From: a virus
Length of the DNA: 64,000 bases
Virus record (IMG/VR): IMGVR_UViG_3300035698_017726
Span: 32,001-96,000 of that record
Reading direction: 5' to 3' (one strand)
Of this stretch, positions 27,700 through 37,783 are shown piece by piece. The translations under genes were made by a program, and so were the position numbers. The notes beneath the pieces were generated by a model. That model worked only from the letters and a program-made list of their open reading frames with translations. It made no database searches and was not told where the DNA came from. Every line of letters begins with the position of its first letter. The stretch's first letter is position 1.

Positions 27700-30600
27700 A
27701 TGTCCGATACCCGCCCCGGCGTAACCGTCGTCCAAGCACTTACCGAAACTCCGGTAGTTGCCTCGTCTCCTACGCTCGTTCCTTGCATCGTCGGCGTATG
27801 CCGTCAGATCATTGAAGAGACCGAGGATGATGGGACCCCCAATTCGGACGCTCTCTACTCAGAGGACTCGTACCAGCAGTCCGAGATGTACATCCCACAG
27901 GCGTCCTTCCCGGACCCACGGGACAACATCGACGAGTTGGACATCGAAGAAGCAGAAATCGAAGTATTCCTGCGTCCAGTAGGCGGTTCGCAGGTGGAGC
28001 TTCCCCGAGGCTCTGGCGGCTCCTACGGAACCAGCTTCCTGAAGCTGATGAACCGAAGCCGTGCGACGGCTATCCGGTCCACCATTGGCGCGAACGGTAT
28101 CGCAGCCACTCTGACGTTCAGTAATGACGTCCTGCTCATCGCCTTCGACCTGATCAACTCGGCGATCACCACTAGCGATATCACTGTGTCCCTAGACGGG
28201 GCCCTGACCATCACCGAAATCGCCACTGCGATCAACACGGCTGCGGGCACCACTGTCGCCACCGCATGGCTGGATGCAGACGACGAGATGGGCGCCGGCG
28301 CTACGTTCTACTACCTGCAGATTCAGTCCACTGCTTATGGGGCTACTTCCAGCCTCACTCTCAGAAGCTGCAGCGCCATCCCTGTCCTCTGGGGTACGCT
28401 GACTGAGACCAGTGAGTACCGGGTAGATGGTTCTGGGTTCTGGGGCCAGGACGATGTAGACAGTGACCTCGTCACCCCATGGATCGAATTCTCCAGGGGC
28501 TCCGCGACCGTTACCACCGTTCTTGGGGTAACTACGGACATCACACTGGCGCCACATGTTGTCAATGAGTTGTGGGTAGGTTGGCTAGATGTCGATGACA
28601 CCTGGATTGAGTCTGTAGCCGCCGCCGTTACTTTCACCGGAACCAGTCCAACTATCCCTCTGGTGGCCGCAACTTCTACGGTGCCTGGTGACCAGTTCTG
28701 GGCCACTGGCGTACAGGTAGGTAGCGGAGAAATCACTAAGGTCGAGACCTCCCGCTTCAAGATTGGAGTTCTCAGTACATCCCTCTCTACCTACGATGAT
28801 GACGGTGAGCCCACTACACGCGTATACACCACCTACGAAGTCAACACTCCAAGCCACCAGACTCCTTTTGCTCCTAAGTATGCTTACTTTGTCGCTGACG
28901 GCCTGGTGTACGGCGAGGTCATTCCGGCTGGTGAGCAGGCCACTATTACCGGTACTACGGCGGGCCTCCCGGCTAGGCCTGCGTACGTACAGGCACCTAT
29001 CGACGTAGTCTTCCCGGCTGCTCCAGGACTGAACCTGGCGGGTATGACGCTCATCTACCAGATCACCACTGATGGTGTTGCTGCTGCGGAAGTGACCTAC
29101 ACCTTCCCCGGTGGGTCCACCGCTGTGGATATCGCAGCGCTGCTCGTACTGATGACTGCTGTCGGTATCACTGGAGTCACCGTCACCAATACCGGTGACC
29201 GGCTGCTTCTCACTACCACAGCTACTGGCGCAGACCAGACCATCAGCATCAAGAGCACCGGTACGGTAAACGCTGAGCTCGGCTTCTCCGCTGTTGCAGC
29301 CACCACTGGCAGCGGCAAGGACGTCGAGTTTGCTACCCAGGCCGCATTCGAGACTCAAGCGTTCACTCTGCCTCTGACCTACCTAAATCCCGTCACGCTA
29401 GACATGACGGTCGTCGACTCCATGGGTACCCATGACCTGTCAGCTACAGGTATTGACCTTTCCGCAGACGCTACTCTCACCGACCTAATCGCGGCTATCT
29501 CCACCGCATTCGATGGCGACGGTGTCTCTACCATCAACGACGTCGGGATCCCGGTAGCTACGTTGAGCGCGACTGCTTTCGACGCCAATGACATCTCCGG
29601 TACGATTACCTTCACCACCGTTGAAGGCGGATCTGCGGTCTCTGTTGCGCTCCAGGCTATCGATGAAACGGACGGTTTCAGATACTTCGGTACTTACGAT
29701 GACCAGGTAGGCGCGTACGCTTTCGTGCCAGCCATCAACATCATGGCGGACTTCATCTGGCTACGCGGTAGGCTAGCTGTTGATGCTGGTCCAGATGGTT
29801 TCGACATTACCATCACCAACTTTGCCAATGCGCTAGCGGTCACCAACCTCATTCTGACGGTATCTGCTGGGGCCAGTGTAGACGAACTGGCTATAGATAT
29901 TGCTGCAGCAATCAACACCGCTATCGGTGGACCACCTGCAAATCCGGTCACCTGTGTCTTCAACAGAACCACCGGCGTCTTTGACCTCGTAGACCCTGAG
30001 GGCGGTACCATCCTCATTGCGGCACGTACGGGCGGTACCGACCTATCTACTGAGCTGTTTGGCATTGCTTTCACTGCCTCTCAGATTGGCGCATGGTCCG
30101 GTAACGCTCCCGACCTCGCCAATGGCGGAATTGGCGGATCTGGTTGGGACACCATCACCCTTACCGTGGATGACGGCACCGGTCCTCTGGCTGTCTCCAA
30201 GGATGCGGATCTCACCTTCTTGCTGACTGACCCCGAAGAGCTGGTGCAGCTCTTGAACGCAGACACCGAGTTCAATGGGTTTACTGACTTCGGCTACGAA
30301 GCAGTGCAGTGGTACATGGTGGATGCGGCCGGACATATCGGCGTGCGTACCGTTCCTGGCGGAGTTGTCGCGGCCATCACCATCGGTGCGGCGCAGCAGG
30401 GCATGGTAGATATTGGCTTCGACCCAGCAGGAAACGCGGTTATCGGAACCATTGTGGGCCGTTACGACGATGACGGAGCCAACTTGCTGCTAGGTACCGC
30501 CCTTCAGTTCATGTTGGACGACAACCCTTACGTCTACACCGTCACGGCTTCCGAGAACTCTCTGGCTACCTTCATCGCGGAAATCAACACCGAGGTGGAC

Positions 30601-32265
30601 GGTTCCTCTGATGTAGCGTCCGAGACCGCAGCCAAGATGACCTTGACGTCCATGCTGTATGGCGCGGCCTCCAAGGTCGAAATCGACGACACCGGTACCG
30701 CTGACGACATCCTAGGCCTGACGGGTCTGTCGGATGAGGGCGCTGGTCGCCCCAACCCTGACTTCTACCTCGATGCCGTCGGTGCCATCACCATTGGCCC
30801 CAGCGTTCTGCGTAACGGCAGCTCCGGAATCCCTTACACGATTTCATCTGCCTATGCCGAGGTCTACATCGCCTACACGGCTATCCGTGAGGACGTGACC
30901 GCTTCCGCTGAAGAGCCGGCTCTGCTCACCTTCGACAATGTCACGGACATGGAAGCGGCTATCGGCCCCATCAGTACCAACAACCCGTTGGCGCTCGGAG
31001 TCTACCTGGCTCTCCTCAACAGCCCGACACAGAGTGTCTCCGCCCTAGGTGTTGATGAGGTCAATGCGGCTGCCCCCGAAGGTACGTTGGACGGCTGGGC
31101 CAGAGCTATCGAGTATCTCGAGGCCAAGGAAGTCTACGCCATCGCGCCTATGACCGAGGACGAGTACGTACAGCAAGTACTGTCCACTCACGTCCAGGCC
31201 ATGAGTGAGCCCGCAGAGCGTGGAGAGCGTATCGCCGTCATGTGGCGTTCTCTCCCCGATAGGGCATCGGCCATTACGGTCGGCTCCGGCGAAGACGCAG
31301 AGAGCACGGGTACTGATGACACTATCGACCTGGGTACCAACCTCGAGCCCAACCTCATTGCCTACGGCATCGATCCTACAGATCCAATCGACTACGACGA
31401 GGAGCTCTACGTCGAGGTCCTCATCACCGAAGTCGGTTCTTCTACGCTCCGCAAGTACAGTGTCTCTGAGGTCAACGGAGTCATCCTGACCTTCAGGACC
31501 ACTTTCTTGGCCACTGAGAACACCGATGGGTTCTACACCACATCTACTCTGGATGAGGACGTCACCGGACAGAGCTGGGCGCTGAAGATCCGTGGCGCCG
31601 AGTTGGTCATCACCGGTACTACCCGGCCGGACCTAGGCTCCATCGCTGACGCGGCTGCTGATGCTGGCGAAGGCTTTGCCCATCGTCGTGTCTTCCTTCT
31701 TGCCTGCAACAACGTGAATACTTCTATCGATGGCCTCACCGCCAATGTAGAGGGCTTCTACGCTGCTGCTGCTGTTGCCGGAATGGTAGGCGAGCAGCTT
31801 CCCCAGCAGTCCTTCACCAATGTAGGCATCACTGGCTTCAGCAAGGTCTACGGAACCGATGACACCTTCAGCGAGGACCAGCTCGATACGGTAGCTGACG
31901 GTGGACGTTACCTCCTGATCAATAACGGAAGTCTGGTCATGTCCAGGCATTCGAGATCCACAGCCGTTCTTACCATCGAAAGCCGCGAGCTCTCGATCAC
32001 GAAGGCTATCGACTACCTGGCTAAGGGCCTCCGCCTGACGAACCGCGTCTTCATCGGCCGCTTTGTCATCAACTCTGGCTTCCTGGACCAGCTGACCATG
32101 GCTAACGAGGGATTCCTCGCCTACGTGGTTAGTCTGGGCATCGTAAATGCAGCAGCGCTGAACAGCCTGCTACAGGATGAAGACAGTCCTGATACTATTC
32201 TGATTGAGGTCGAGGTCGTTCCGGCCTATCCTTGCAACAAGATTCGCATCACCATCGTGTCCTAG
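27700..32265 (+). CDS. Tail sheath protein (very large, with inserted domains)
   Basis: N-terminal RPGVTVVQ...PCIVG; C-terminal RELSITKAIDY...D.PDTILIEVEVVPAYPCNKIRITIV sheath signature. Confidence 0.88.
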   Translation: MSDTRPGVTVVQALTETPVVASSPTLVPCIVGVCRQIIEETEDDGTPNSDALYSEDSYQQSEMYIPQASFPDPRDNIDELDIEEAEIEVFLRPVGGSQVELPRGSGGSYGTSFLKLMNRSRATAIRSTIGANGIAATLTFSNDVLLIAFDLINSAITTSDITVSLDGALTITEIATAINTAAGTTVATAWLDADDEMGAGATFYYLQIQSTAYGATSSLTLRSCSAIPVLWGTLTETSEYRVDGSGFWGQDDVDSDLVTPWIEFSRGSATVTTVLGVTTDITLAPHVVNELWVGWLDVDDTWIESVAAAVTFTGTSPTIPLVAATSTVPGDQFWATGVQVGSGEITKVETSRFKIGVLSTSLSTYDDDGEPTTRVYTTYEVNTPSHQTPFAPKYAYFVADGLVYGEVIPAGEQATITGTTAGLPARPAYVQAPIDVVFPAAPGLNLAGMTLIYQITTDGVAAAEVTYTFPGGSTAVDIAALLVLMTAVGITGVTVTNTGDRLLLTTTATGADQTISIKSTGTVNAELGFSAVAATTGSGKDVEFATQAAFETQAFTLPLTYLNPVTLDMTVVDSMGTHDLSATGIDLSADATLTDLIAAISTAFDGDGVSTINDVGIPVATLSATAFDANDISGTITFTTVEGGSAVSVALQAIDETDGFRYFGTYDDQVGAYAFVPAINIMADFIWLRGRLAVDAGPDGFDITITNFANALAVTNLILTVSAGASVDELAIDIAAAINTAIGGPPANPVTCVFNRTTGVFDLVDPEGGTILIAARTGGTDLSTELFGIAFTASQIGAWSGNAPDLANGGIGGSGWDTITLTVDDGTGPLAVSKDADLTFLLTDPEELVQLLNADTEFNGFTDFGYEAVQWYMVDAAGHIGVRTVPGGVVAAITIGAAQQGMVDIGFDPAGNAVIGTIVGRYDDDGANLLLGTALQFMLDDNPYVYTVTASENSLATFIAEINTEVDGSSDVASETAAKMTLTSMLYGAASKVEIDDTGTADDILGLTGLSDEGAGRPNPDFYLDAVGAITIGPSVLRNGSSGIPYTISSAYAEVYIAYTAIREDVTASAEEPALLTFDNVTDMEAAIGPISTNNPLALGVYLALLNSPTQSVSALGVDEVNAAAPEGTLDGWARAIEYLEAKEVYAIAPMTEDEYVQQVLSTHVQAMSEPAERGERIAVMWRSLPDRASAITVGSGEDAESTGTDDTIDLGTNLEPNLIAYGIDPTDPIDYDEELYVEVLITEVGSSTLRKYSVSEVNGVILTFRTTFLATENTDGFYTTSTLDEDVTGQSWALKIRGAELVITGTTRPDLGSIADAAADAGEGFAHRRVFLLACNNVNTSIDGLTANVEGFYAAAAVAGMVGEQLPQQSFTNVGITGFSKVYGTDDTFSEDQLDTVADGGRYLLINNGSLVMSRHSRSTAVLTIESRELSITKAIDYLAKGLRLTNRVFIGRFVINSGFLDQLTMANEGFLAYVVSLGIVNAAALNSLLQDEDSPDTILIEVEVVPAYPCNKIRITIVS

Positions 32266-32277
32266 AGGAGCGAAACC

Positions 32278-33663
32278 ATGAGCACCTACCCAAAGAGTGC
32301 CGCCAACACTATCAAGTTCTCCGAGCGTTGGATCACTCAGCGCATGCACCGTAAGTACGACGACAAGTTCGACGTGCTCATGGAGTCGCTGAAGGCCATC
32401 GAAACGTACGATGAGGCTACCTACCCGTACATCACTGCTCTGAGTGATGGCCTTGCCGGCCTGACCCTAGCGGTGAACACCGATGAGACCATCGATGGCG
32501 GAAACCTTATGGGTGACGCTACTCAGGGCTATTCGGACCTGGCAGTGGCCGCCGGTACTGATACCATCACCTTCAAGTCCGTTATGCCTGGGGCGCACAC
32601 CATCACGCTCACCCTTGTGCATGTGGCTGCGCCCGCAGCAGTTACTGCTGCGGATCCAGCTCTCGGAACCCTGACTGTAGCCTTCCAGACAGCAGTTACC
32701 ACTACGACTCAGCTTATTGCGGCCATCGCCGCAGATGCCGTCGCCAAGTACATGGTCATCGGTACCGTAGTTGGTGGTGGTGCAGCGGTCATGACCACTG
32801 TTGGAGATGCAGGTGCCTACACGCTCCTGGGTACTGGCGAGGTCTGCGCTGTGCAGATTGGTACCTACGGTCTCAGCGTACCTGGCGTAGCCACCGTCCC
32901 CGGTGTCGGTGTCACCGATTGGACCGCTTCTACCATCACCTTGGACGTTGATGCTACTGATATCGACGGTCTCGGTACTCCTCTGGTAGCAGGTATCGGC
33001 TACATGTTGGCTGTCCGCGCTGATGGCGTACTGACTATGCCGGTGCAGCTGGTCTGTGACGCGACCAACATCTCCACCAGTGAGCTGGCCGTAGGAGTCC
33101 TGGCGGCAAGTGTTGCCGGTAGAGCGTTGATGGCTACAGGTTACTTCGATGCCCCCACCGTAGCAGATAAGTTCCTGCAAGGGACTATTGCAGGATCTCT
33201 TCTGGCTCCCGAAGTTCGCGCGACTCGTAAAGTGATCATCCCTGGCGGTAACGGCGTGGGAAATGTTGGCGATTTGAACAGTAGTGCTGTTCAAGTTGTC
33301 CCGGCTCCTGGTGCCGGTTTTGCCGTTATCGTCGATGAGGTCTTCTACAAGTTCGGTGACGATAGCGCCACCGTGTGGGTTGCTTACGACGTAGTTGGTG
33401 CGGGTGAAGATCTAGTGCTCCGGTACGTTGGTGGAGCCGCAGCCGAACTGACTGCCGATGTGGACAACGGCAACGGCGCGGGTGTCCGCCTCGCTCGCGT
33501 AGGAGCTGGCACGGATCTAGCCGTCGCTGGCAGGCTAGTAGCGGATACTATTCCCCAGGAAGATACCGCCGTTGAGCTATTCGTCCGCGCTAACGACCCC
33601 TTCGCCGCTGCAGGTGACATGCCCATGACCGTTACAGTCACCTACCACGTAATCACGGTGTAG
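32278..33663 (+). CDS. Putative structural protein (sheath-associated/fibre-like)
   Basis: Gly/Ala/Thr/Val-rich; GAGGAG RBS; lies between sheath and tube. Confidence 0.6.
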   Translation: MSTYPKSAANTIKFSERWITQRMHRKYDDKFDVLMESLKAIETYDEATYPYITALSDGLAGLTLAVNTDETIDGGNLMGDATQGYSDLAVAAGTDTITFKSVMPGAHTITLTLVHVAAPAAVTAADPALGTLTVAFQTAVTTTTQLIAAIAADAVAKYMVIGTVVGGGAAVMTTVGDAGAYTLLGTGEVCAVQIGTYGLSVPGVATVPGVGVTDWTASTITLDVDATDIDGLGTPLVAGIGYMLAVRADGVLTMPVQLVCDATNISTSELAVGVLAASVAGRALMATGYFDAPTVADKFLQGTIAGSLLAPEVRATRKVIIPGGNGVGNVGDLNSSAVQVVPAPGAGFAVIVDEVFYKFGDDSATVWVAYDVVGAGEDLVLRYVGGAAAELTADVDNGNGAGVRLARVGAGTDLAVAGRLVADTIPQEDTAVELFVRANDPFAAAGDMPMTVTVTYHVITV

Positions 33664-33670
33664 TGCTACT

Positions 33671-33700
33671 GAAGGCGCCAGTAGGTACTGGCGCCTTCTT
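33671..33700 (+). terminator. Perfect hairpin, likely terminator
   Basis: GAAGGCGCCAGTA-GG-TACTGGCGCCTTC-TT. Confidence 0.65.
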
Positions 33701-33738
33701 GGCCGCCCCCCATTTCTCTCGCACTGAAGGTACCCATC

Positions 33739-34446
33739 ATGGCCACACTTAGCCAATGGTCCCCCTACGACGACTATGTTCAGGGTGGCCTGGTAGACGG
33801 GCGGTTCATGAACTCCGCCTATACGCTGATTGCAGCAGGGCCTCCCAGACTCTCCAACATCGGCGGTCCCAGCTTCTTTGCTGCGGCTCTTGGTGCTGGC
33901 AGTGGCGCAGAGGACCAGATTGCGTATCCCATCGGCGTAGTTCAGAACTTCTCTCTCGGGCACAACACGAACCTGTCTCGTATCTGGGAAATCGGTTCTG
34001 TACGTAGTTACTTCATCCCAGGAAGGACCATTGGTCAGCTCGGCCTCAGCCGCGTCATGTACCACGGTCCCTCACTACTGCGGGTGCTGTATGCGTACTA
34101 CCAGGACTTGATCGCTCCCACGCTGGTTAGCTCGGTGTTCACGAACATCGGTTCTGCCACGGTAGCCAACCCCCATGACGTAGTTATTCCTCCAGGGTAC
34201 GAGAACATCTTCCTCAACCTGGCGTCTGACCTCTTCACTCAGCCCATCGGCCTCCTCCTGATGTTCAAGGATAGCAACGAGGATACTATGGGCGCCGGCT
34301 ATCTTGAGTCTGCCTATGTCCCGAACCATTCTCTGGCTACGGACGCAATGGGCACGATCATTCAGGAAACAGCAGCAGTTCAGTTCGAACGCCTGGTTCC
34401 TATCGCTACGCAGGTAGTGGGACTAGTGAGCGGTCTGACAGCGTAG
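33739..34446 (+). CDS. Tail tube protein
   Basis: PIGVVQNFSL...RIWEIGS.RSYFIPG...LGLSRV and IIQE.AAVQFER tube-type pattern, downstream of the sheath. Confidence 0.75.
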   Translation: MATLSQWSPYDDYVQGGLVDGRFMNSAYTLIAAGPPRLSNIGGPSFFAAALGAGSGAEDQIAYPIGVVQNFSLGHNTNLSRIWEIGSVRSYFIPGRTIGQLGLSRVMYHGPSLLRVLYAYYQDLIAPTLVSSVFTNIGSATVANPHDVVIPPGYENIFLNLASDLFTQPIGLLLMFKDSNEDTMGAGYLESAYVPNHSLATDAMGTIIQETAAVQFERLVPIATQVVGLVSGLTA

Positions 34447-34453
34447 GTACTGC

Positions 34454-34840
34454 ATGGGACCTCTACGTCAGAAGATAGAAAGTATGTCGAAGCAGGCTCA
34501 CGCTAACCGTGAGCCTGCTCTGGTGCGTACTATTCTCTCTGCCGAAAAGGTGGCCTCTGCTGTGACCACAGCTAGAGAAATGATGGAGAAGAGTGCCAAG
34601 CCTCTTTACGGCACCAAAGGAATCATTGTTGGTGGTGCCATGGACAGAGCTCTGCAGCAGCATGAGTACGCTAAGGGCAGAACTCTCAGACTAGCCAAGA
34701 GCAAGATGTACCGGGCCCAGAACAAGTTGAAGATTCAGAGGCACAAAAAGAGGTATGCTGCGCAGGTAGACATGGGAGTACGAAGACAGCAGAACAGAGA
34801 ACGCGTAGGCACGAGCTACGTCTCCACAGGAATGCAATGA
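34454..34840 (+). CDS. Basic protein with KxA motifs
   Basis: KQA, KVAS and KSA motifs; K/R-rich C-terminus. Confidence 0.6.
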   Translation: MGPLRQKIESMSKQAHANREPALVRTILSAEKVASAVTTAREMMEKSAKPLYGTKGIIVGGAMDRALQQHEYAKGRTLRLAKSKMYRAQNKLKIQRHKKRYAAQVDMGVRRQQNRERVGTSYVSTGMQ

Positions 34841-35262
34841 TCTCGGCCTTCTTTAAGGAGATGGATAAGCTGGCCAACGTCCTTATGGATGAGGCGCATG
34901 CTCCCCGAGTAAATGGGCTGGTCACCAATAGGATAGCTACTACCAGTGCCGCTAGAGGCGCCTCGGCAGGAGTAGCTCCAAAGGGCAGGCCCAATGCGAT
35001 CAACCTGGGTAGCGGTAACTGGGCCAAGATCGGCAACCTATCTTCCATGGACACACAAGGAATGATGGCCACTACGCTTGGAGCAGCTGCGCTTACTGCC
35101 GGGGCTATTCAGGCTCCTCGAATGATCCGGTCGATTCAGAAGAACTACCAGGGAGATCCTGAGGCTGAGGGTGTCTCTCCTGCGACACTTTATATGTCAG
35201 GGCAGGTAGCCCAAGGCGCGTCGAAAGCCCTTCAGCCTGCGCTACGAAGAGTTCTCTCCTAG
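34837..35262 (+). CDS. Protein with N-terminal AFFKEMDKLA motif
   Basis: ATGA overlap; hydrophobic helix. Confidence 0.6.
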   Translation: MISAFFKEMDKLANVLMDEAHAPRVNGLVTNRIATTSAARGASAGVAPKGRPNAINLGSGNWAKIGNLSSMDTQGMMATTLGAAALTAGAIQAPRMIRSIQKNYQGDPEAEGVSPATLYMSGQVAQGASKALQPALRRVLS

Positions 35263-35434
35263 TTGGGGATAGAGGGCTCTCTAGATCTTCGGGGTCAAAG
35301 AGGCCTTCGTCCTCTATGGCCATGTCGAGCAGTACGTGTAGTACGTTTGCCGCTGTTACTCGTCGTCCAGCCGCTATGGACAGCGTTCTCGCCGTCCTTT
35401 CTAGGTAGCTGCGATGGTGGTCGAGTAGTTTCAT
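35105..35434 (-). CDS. Hypothetical protein
   Basis: MKLLDHHRSYLERTA...; overlaps the convergent gene by about 160 nt. Confidence 0.35.
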   Translation of the reverse strand: MKLLDHHRSYLERTARTLSIAAGRRVTAANVLHVLLDMAIEDEGLFDPEDLESPLSPTRRELFVAQAEGLSTRLGLPALTYKVSQERHPQPQDLPGSSSESTGSFEEPE

Positions 35435-35453
35435 GGCTAAGAGGGAAGCCCCT

Positions 35454-35795
35454 TTAGGCTTCCGGCATGGTGTTAACGGAGGAGAGGATTGACCGCAGCT
35501 CTTGCTGCCCTTTGACCTCTTCGTAGGCCACGTCAATCAGTGCGTGTGTGGCCCCGGCGGCCATTTCTGGGGTCAGGCCGTTGTACTGCCGCAGCATGTT
35601 GAGGATCATCACCTCCATCTGCTGGCAAAGCACTCTGGCCGCCACCTGAGGATTGGTGGTGGCTGCCGCAGTGAAGTTGGCCTTCGTTTCGCCCATATCC
35701 TCGTAGATAGTGAGGAACATGAAGTCGTCGATACCATATTCCTTGGACATTTTCTGCAGCTTGTCCAGGAATTCCATGACTCGGGGTTCCTTCAT
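35454..35795 (-). CDS. Hypothetical protein
   Basis: ATGA overlap with the VWA gene. Confidence 0.65.
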   Translation of the reverse strand: MKEPRVMEFLDKLQKMSKEYGIDDFMFLTIYEDMGETKANFTAAATTNPQVAARVLCQQMEVMILNMLRQYNGLTPEMAAGATHALIDVAYEEVKGQQELRSILSSVNTMPEA

Positions 35796-37783
35796 CGTGT
35801 TCCCTTCTCTATGTGTGCCCGCACGAGAACCTTGGCCGCCTCGGGCAGGGCTGTTGCCAGTCCTCTGATGTCTTCTACGTTCCCATAACGGGCCTTTCCG
35901 AAAGTGGCTTCGAACATGGCCTGGTAGGCCTTCGGTCCGATGCCCAGTACGGAGAGCACTACACCGTCCTTCCACATCTCGTCGATGACGTTATTCAGGT
36001 CCTCGTTGGCGTTGCCCGTGGACTTACGAGCTCTCAGCGTATTGGGGAGGCCGTCGGTGATGAGGAGCACCGCTCTGGTCGTCTTGGAGTTCCTTGCCCA
36101 CTCCAGCGCCACGTCCATGGCCTGCACGGTAGCCGTGTAGTTCATGCTGACGCCCTTGGCTTCTCTGGGACTCCCGACCTTTTTGAAGAAGTACATGCAG
36201 GAGCTGTAGCCCCAGAGATGGAGCTGTACCTGCTTGCTCTTACAGGCCACCATCGTGTCAGCGATAGCCTGCTCGGCAATCTCCACGCCCTTACCCGACA
36301 TGGATCCGCTGAGGTCCACCAGCATGAGGAGCTCCATTCCTGACTCTCTCTTCAAGGAGACGAAGAGAGGGTCCTCGTCGAGCGTGCCGTTGAGCTTGGC
36401 CGAGATGAAGGCTTCGACATCCAGTTCATCTCCCTCTTCTACGAGCTTTCTGCGCTTCTTCATGCGGATCTTGTCTAGCTCGTGCTGGATGTTCCACGCA
36501 GCAGCCGTGGGTGGGGGCAGGGCACGCGTTGCCTCTACGAAGAACCCAGGGATGCCTGCAACCTTACAGGCGCCTGAGAGCGTGTCCTGGGCCTGCTCCT
36601 TCGATGTCTTGTCAGGCATGGCCATAGCGGTGCGCGCTTGGTCCAGCTTGTCCTCAGCTGCCCTGGCGCCTTCGTCTAAGAGCTGAGACATCGAGCTCTT
36701 ACCGCTGTCGTCGAAGTCATTGTCCTTGGCTGTCAGCAGCCTACGAATCCTAGCCAGGTCCTTAGCGTTGGGCGCCTTTGATTTGGGACCCTTCTGGAGA
36801 TCGTTCTTCCCCATCATCCTCTGCTTGCTGTTCCCGTGGGCTGGGCTCGATTGGGGCCGTCTTACTGCGTTGGTAAGCGCCTCTAATTTTTGCTGTGCAT
36901 TCTGCTGCCCGTTCGAAGGCTTCTTGCGCTTCTTGGGAGGCGGCTTCGAACCCGAGCTCCCTGAAGATCCTGGCTTGCTCGTCGAAGAGCTCGAGCTCTG
37001 CTTCGAACCACCAGATTGTGAGGGCTGCTGCTGGGAGGCCCCTCCCTGACCAGAGGTCTTCGCCGGTTTCGGAGGGGGCTCCAGCAGGGCATCCGCTATA
37101 TCGTCCACAAGTCTTGCAGTGATTGCTAGGCATGCTGCTGCGTCTACTCCTTCTACGAGGTTCTTAGAGGCCACCATGTATGGCGCACAGGCCTTGAACT
37201 TATCCGGCGCCGTATGTGTCTGGATTCCTGAGGCCACTCTACAGAGGTAAGCGAGCAGGTCCTTGCGTGCATCCTCTCCGAGCTCAAACTCGGCGATACC
37301 TCTCCACTGCTCTTCTTGAAGCTGTCCTCCGCCCGGATAGAGCTGCTCCCAGAGGTACCGCACCCGGTGATCCTCGAGGATGTTCCAGATCTGATGGGTC
37401 AGGAGGTCCAGCTTCTCCTTGTAGGGCAGGGCATCCTTGTGCGTCGCAGGAATCTTGGCCCTACGTAGTAGCCGTTCTACTGCCTGCTTCCTGAAGGCCT
37501 CGGTCATGGCCAGGTCAGTACCGAAGAGACAGTGGGATACCTCGTGCTCTACTACCAGGTACCCTTCTTTGTCGCTCATCGGCGCCTTGATGTAGGTCTC
37601 ACAGTCTGTGGACCCACCTGGGTCGTCGATGAGAGCGAAGTCTCTGCCTAGGAGTGAGCCAAAAGTGGAGATGAGGTTCTCCGAGCGAGCTCGGATATAC
37701 TCGGCGTCTCCAGACATTGGGCCTAGGTCTAGTTCTGGTCTAGTTCTCTGGGGCACTAGGCCCAATGGATTTGGCTGTGACAT
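35792..37783 (-). CDS. VWA-domain protein with N-terminal HExxH metallopeptidase-like domain (CobT/NorD-like)
   Basis: EHEVSH, WNILEDHRV, MIDAS DLSGSM, ITDGLP. Confidence 0.88.
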   Translation of the reverse strand: MSQPNPLGLVPQRTRPELDLGPMSGDAEYIRARSENLISTFGSLLGRDFALIDDPGGSTDCETYIKAPMSDKEGYLVVEHEVSHCLFGTDLAMTEAFRKQAVERLLRRAKIPATHKDALPYKEKLDLLTHQIWNILEDHRVRYLWEQLYPGGGQLQEEQWRGIAEFELGEDARKDLLAYLCRVASGIQTHTAPDKFKACAPYMVASKNLVEGVDAAACLAITARLVDDIADALLEPPPKPAKTSGQGGASQQQPSQSGGSKQSSSSSTSKPGSSGSSGSKPPPKKRKKPSNGQQNAQQKLEALTNAVRRPQSSPAHGNSKQRMMGKNDLQKGPKSKAPNAKDLARIRRLLTAKDNDFDDSGKSSMSQLLDEGARAAEDKLDQARTAMAMPDKTSKEQAQDTLSGACKVAGIPGFFVEATRALPPPTAAAWNIQHELDKIRMKKRRKLVEEGDELDVEAFISAKLNGTLDEDPLFVSLKRESGMELLMLVDLSGSMSGKGVEIAEQAIADTMVACKSKQVQLHLWGYSSCMYFFKKVGSPREAKGVSMNYTATVQAMDVALEWARNSKTTRAVLLITDGLPNTLRARKSTGNANEDLNNVIDEMWKDGVVLSVLGIGPKAYQAMFEATFGKARYGNVEDIRGLATALPEAAKVLVRAHIEKGTR

